The notes below the pieces were generated by a model. That model had not been told where the DNA came from and made no database searches. It worked only from the letters and a program-made list of their open reading frames with translations. 64,000 nt of DNA from an uncultured Acidimicrobiia bacterium (GTDB lineage Bacteria > Actinomycetota > Acidimicrobiia > Acidimicrobiales > JACDCH01): assembly GCA_963721305.1 (NCBI GenBank), contig CAVRIR010000002.1, positions 174,000-237,999 of the forward strand, written 5' to 3'. The translations under genes and the position numbers were made by a program. Below are positions 60,577 to 64,000 of this stretch, piece by piece (the stretch's first letter is position 1; every line of letters begins with the position of its first letter).

Positions 60577-62654
60577 CGTCCGCGGTTCGCCGCCAGCTCT
60601 TGCAGGCGGATGTGGGTGTCGACGCTCGTCCCGTCGGTCGCGGTCGGCACCTTGTCCCACGTGCCATCGGGTTGCAGCGTCCACGCGAGGACGTCGTCGG
60701 CGAAGTCGACGGCGAGGATTTCGCGCAGCCGGTCCTGCAGACCGGGGTCGTTGACCGGAGTCAGCGCCTCGACGCGACGATCGAGGTTGCGAGGCATGAG
60801 GTCGGCGGAGCCGATGTAGAAGCTCGGGCGCCCGGCACCGCCGCCGTTGCCGAACTCGTAGATCCTCGAGTGCTCGAGGTAACGACCGACGATCGAGCGG
60901 ACACGCACGTTCTCCGACATGCCTGGAACCCCGGGACGCAGGCAGCAGATGCCCCGGACGACACAGTCGATGTGCACGCCCGCCCGCGACGCCGCGTAGA
61001 GCGTCTCGATCATGTCGGGATCGACGAGGTTGTTCAGCTTCAGGCGCACCCGGCCGCTTCCCGGTTCGGTGCGCTCGGCATCGGCCTCGGCGAGGATCAT
61101 GCGCTTGATGCGGTGACGCAGCGAGTGCGGAGCGACGAGCAGCTTCTCGTACTTCACGTTGCGCCCGTAACCCGTGAGGAAGTTGAACAGGTGCGTGAGG
61201 TCGGCACCGATCTCCTCGTCCGTCGTGAACAGGCCGAGGTCGTCGTACAGCTTGGCGGTTGTCGCGTTGTAGTTGCCTGTGCCGACATGCACGTAGCGGC
61301 GGATGCCATCGGGGTCGTCACGTACCACGAGCGCGGTCTTGGTGTGCGTCTTCAGACCGACGAGCCCGTAGACGACGTGCACGCCCGCCTCTTCGAGCGC
61401 GCGTGCCCATTCGATGTTCGCCTGCTCGTCACCGCGGGCCTTCAACTCGACGAGCGCCGCGACCTGCTTGCCCCGCTCGGCCGCGCGGATCAGGTAGCGG
61501 ACGATGGCGCTGTCGCCGGACGTCCGGTACAGGGTCAGCTTGATGGCCAGCACCTGCGGGTCGGCGGCGGCCTGGCGCACGAACTCCTCGACCGTCGCCG
61601 CGAAGCTCTCGTACGGATGATGGACGAGCACGTCGCGGTTGCGAATCGCCTCGAACACATCCGCTCGCTCGTCCTCGCCCGGCAGGAATTCCGGCGGCGT
61701 CACCGGCAGGTAGACGGGGTCCTTGAGGTCGGCACGGTCGAGTGCGTGCACGGACCACAGTCCACCCAGATCGAGCGGGCCGACACCGAGGTAGACGTCA
61801 TCGTCGTCGACGTCGAGTTCGCGCTGCAGCAGCTCTCTCACCTCGTCACTCGCGTCGGCATCGAGCTCGAGCCGCACCGCGCGGCGGAACCGGCGCCGGC
61901 GCAGTTCGAGCTCGACCGCGGCCAGGAGGTCGTCCGCCTCTTCCTCTTCGAGCGTGAGGTCCGCGTTGCGCGTGACGCGGAAGCTGTAGTCGTCCACGAC
62001 CTCCATGCCCCGGAAGAGCTGATGCAGGTGGGCCCCGATCACCTGCTCGAGAGGGACGAATCGCTCGCCGTCGGGCATCACCATGAAGCGGGGCAGCAAC
62101 GGTGGCACCTTCACGCGGGCGAACCGACGCTGCGCGGTGACGGGATCGCGCACGACCACCGCCAGGTTGAGGGACAGGTGCGAGATGTACGGGAAGGGAT
62201 GACCGGGATCGACCGCGAGTGGGGTCAACACCGGGAAGATGCGCTCTTCGAACACCTCGTCGAGCCACTTCACGTCGTCTTCGTCGAGGTCCGCGTACGA
62301 GCTGAAGATGATGCCGTGGTTCGCGAGCCGGGGCGCGAGCTGCTCGAGGAACGTGCGCTCGGCCCGGGCCATCATCTCCTCGACGACATCGCGGACCTCG
62401 AGCAGCTGCTGCGCAGGCGTGCGGCCGTCGGGCGTCGGCGCGGTGATGCCGGCGGCAACCTGATCCTTCAGGCCGGCGACGCGGACCTGGAAGAACTCGT
62501 CGAGGTTCTGGCTGAAGATGGCGAGGAACTTGGCCCGTTCGAGCAGCGGAACGTCTTCGCGCTCGGCCATCGCCAGGACGCGTTCGTTGAATTCGAGCCA
62601 GGAGAGCTCACGATTGAGGAGCCGGGCGCCCGGCGACGTCTCGGTGGCGGGCAC
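60561..62654 (-). CDS. ppk1: Polyphosphate kinase 1
   Basis: NRELSWLEFNERVL, NLDEFFQVRVAGL, DPGHPFPYIS, LKTHTK, GTGNYN, SADLMPRNLDRRVE. Confidence 0.97.
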   Translation of the reverse strand: MPATETSPGARLLNRELSWLEFNERVLAMAEREDVPLLERAKFLAIFSQNLDEFFQVRVAGLKDQVAAGITAPTPDGRTPAQQLLEVRDVVEEMMARAERTFLEQLAPRLANHGIIFSSYADLDEDDVKWLDEVFEERIFPVLTPLAVDPGHPFPYISHLSLNLAVVVRDPVTAQRRFARVKVPPLLPRFMVMPDGERFVPLEQVIGAHLHQLFRGMEVVDDYSFRVTRNADLTLEEEEADDLLAAVELELRRRRFRRAVRLELDADASDEVRELLQRELDVDDDDVYLGVGPLDLGGLWSVHALDRADLKDPVYLPVTPPEFLPGEDERADVFEAIRNRDVLVHHPYESFAATVEEFVRQAAADPQVLAIKLTLYRTSGDSAIVRYLIRAAERGKQVAALVELKARGDEQANIEWARALEEAGVHVVYGLVGLKTHTKTALVVRDDPDGIRRYVHVGTGNYNATTAKLYDDLGLFTTDEEIGADLTHLFNFLTGYGRNVKYEKLLVAPHSLRHRIKRMILAEADAERTEPGSGRVRLKLNNLVDPDMIETLYAASRAGVHIDCVVRGICCLRPGVPGMSENVRVRSIVGRYLEHSRIYEFGNGGGAGRPSFYIGSADLMPRNLDRRVEALTPVNDPGLQDRLREILAVDFADDVLAWTLQPDGTWDKVPTATDGTSVDTHIRLQELAANRGRWSGS

Positions 62655-62671
62655 CGAGCCAGCGTAGTTCG

Positions 62672-62953
62672 CTACGCCTCGTCCTCTTCGGGTAGCCCGA
62701 GGTCCCAGTCGAGCAGCAAGTGCTCGCGCTCGGCATCGCGGACGACTCGTTCACGGTTGCGCCGGAACTGGGGATCGTGGGGCGGCAGCAGCTCGAGGCG
62801 AGCCAGCACCCGGGCCCGGAACTCCTCGATCAGCGCCCGGTCGCCGAAGTCGGAGTGGACCTCCCAGTGGGGCACCACCGGGCCGAGGTAGACGACGCGG
62901 ACGTGACCCCGTGGCGGCTCGTTGGCATCTGGTGCGTCAGCGGCGAGCGACAT
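62672..62953 (-). CDS. Small hypothetical protein
   Basis: 93-aa ORF with protein-like composition (VRVVYLGPVVPHWEV), co-oriented with ppk1. Confidence 0.6.
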   Translation of the reverse strand: MSLAADAPDANEPPRGHVRVVYLGPVVPHWEVHSDFGDRALIEEFRARVLARLELLPPHDPQFRRNRERVVRDAEREHLLLDWDLGLPEEDEA

Positions 62954-63135
62954 GGAGGTGGACTCTAACCGGTCGTCGAAAGGAGGAGCCGTAGCCGAAA
63001 CCTTCACTTGGGCCCGTTTCTTGATGCCCACCTTCGGTCCGTTGGTGTCTCATCTCTGCAGAGCGGCGACTGGCAGATCCTCGGAAGCTTTCCGACGATC
63101 CGCTCCGTAGAAAGTCTGAACGGAGGGACTGACTG

Positions 63136-63369
63136 ATGGAGACCGAGTGGATGCGACTGGGACTGTGTCGTGAGATCGCCCCGTCGACCTTCTTCCCGAG
63201 CGACGGGGTAGGAGTCGAGGTCGCACGTCGCATCTGCGCTGATTGTCCGGTCCGACAGGATTGCCTCGAGTACGCGCTCGAGAACCGCATCGACCACGGA
63301 GTGTGGGGCGGCTGCTCGGAGCGTGAGCGTCGCCGGATCCTCAAGCGCCGGCGGGTCGCCGTCAGCTGA
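63136..63369 (+). CDS. whiB: WhiB family Fe-S transcriptional regulator
   Basis: Four Cys (C..ICADCPVRQDC), GVWGG, basic tail; RBS GGAGG. Confidence 0.95.
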   Translation: METEWMRLGLCREIAPSTFFPSDGVGVEVARRICADCPVRQDCLEYALENRIDHGVWGGCSERERRRILKRRRVAVS

Positions 63370-63427
63370 TTCGCCCGTCGCCTCTCGGGCGACGCGAAGC
63401 AGTCGCGGCGAGCACAAGGGGACGCGA

Positions 63428-64000
63428 TTGCTGGAATGTGTGGTGAACGTGAGCGAGGGCCGAGACGGCCCGGCGCTGGCCGCCATCACTGCGGCCTGCG
63501 CTGACTACCTGCTCGACGTCCACCGCGACACGGACCACAACCGCGCCGTGCTGACGCTCGCCGGTCCGACCGTCGAGGTCGCCGCCCGTCGGGTGGCGCA
63601 GGCCGCGGTCGAGCAGCTCGATCTGCGAACTCACGTCGGCGTCCATCCGCGGATCGGCGTGGTCGATGTGGTGCCGTTCGTGCCGCTGGACGGATCGACG
63701 CTGGTTGACGCAATCGCCGCTCGCGACGCCTTCGCGGCGTGGGCGGGCGAGGCGCTGGGACTGCCCTGCTTCCTTTACGGCCCCGAGCGATCCCTGCCGT
63801 CGGTGCGCCGTGACGCCTTCGGCGTGCTGCCACCGGACACGGGGCCGCGGCAGCCGCATCCGACCGCAGGCGCTTGTGCCGTCGGAGCGAGGCCGGTGCT
63901 GGTCGCCTACAACCTGTGGCTTCGCGACCGGGACCTCGACCATGCCCGCCGCCTGGCCGCATCGGTACGGGGAGACCATGTGCGAGCCCTCGGCCTTGCC
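63428..64000 (+). CDS. ftcD: Glutamate formiminotransferase (3' end outside window)
   Basis: Manual translation from TTG: LECVVNVSEGRD..LLDVHRDTDHNRAVLTL..DLRTHVGVHPRIGVVDVVPFVPL. Confidence 0.85.
   Translation, partial: MLECVVNVSEGRDGPALAAITAACADYLLDVHRDTDHNRAVLTLAGPTVEVAARRVAQAAVEQLDLRTHVGVHPRIGVVDVVPFVPLDGSTLVDAIAARDAFAAWAGEALGLPCFLYGPERSLPSVRRDAFGVLPPDTGPRQPHPTAGACAVGARPVLVAYNLWLRDRDLDHARRLAASVRGDHVRALGLA

Noticed and set aside
60600-62891. Long antisense ORFs opposite ppk1, UPF0182 and others
   Set aside because: Shadow ORFs expected in high-GC coding DNA; no motifs.

Overview
High-GC actinobacterial DNA, most likely Acidimicrobiia (inferred from WhiB, UPF0182, a PDZ-Lon protease, a SenX3-like kinase and MreB). 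Many otherwise intact genes carry single-base frameshifts, probably uncorrected long-read errors. Layout: (1) 1-6.4 kb: a TetR/SDR pair and a tightly coupled five-gene aromatic catabolic operon headed by a hydrolase resembling ZenA zearalenone lactonases (lactonase, decarboxylase, extradiol dioxygenase, flavin hydroxylase, FAH). (2) 6.5-12.6 kb: a MacAB-like ABC exporter with two adaptors, one fused to the ATPase. (3) 13.3-17.6 kb: an amino-sugar salvage operon (nucleotidyltransferase, NahK-like kinase, GNAT, GH20). (4) about 17.9-42.4 kb: an accessory mosaic downstream of tRNA-fMet with gene fragments, a SWIM protein, a copper-handling cluster with a candidate RGPP arrest leader, a lower-GC MarR module, a LuxR-AAA cluster, and an IS481-family element at the tRNA 3' end flanked by 16-bp direct repeats. 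(5) 42.4-64 kb: core genes, including UPF0182, a DivIVA protein with a phage MuF-like C-terminus, PDZ-Lon, bioF/bioD, a stand-alone mreB, moaE, a catalytically degenerate HtrA homologue, a SenX3-like kinase, NUDIX, ppk1, whiB and a glutamate formiminotransferase. Best novelty candidates: the ZenA-like catabolic operon, the DivIVA-MuF fusion, the RGPP leader before the copper operon, and the tRNA-inserted IS481.
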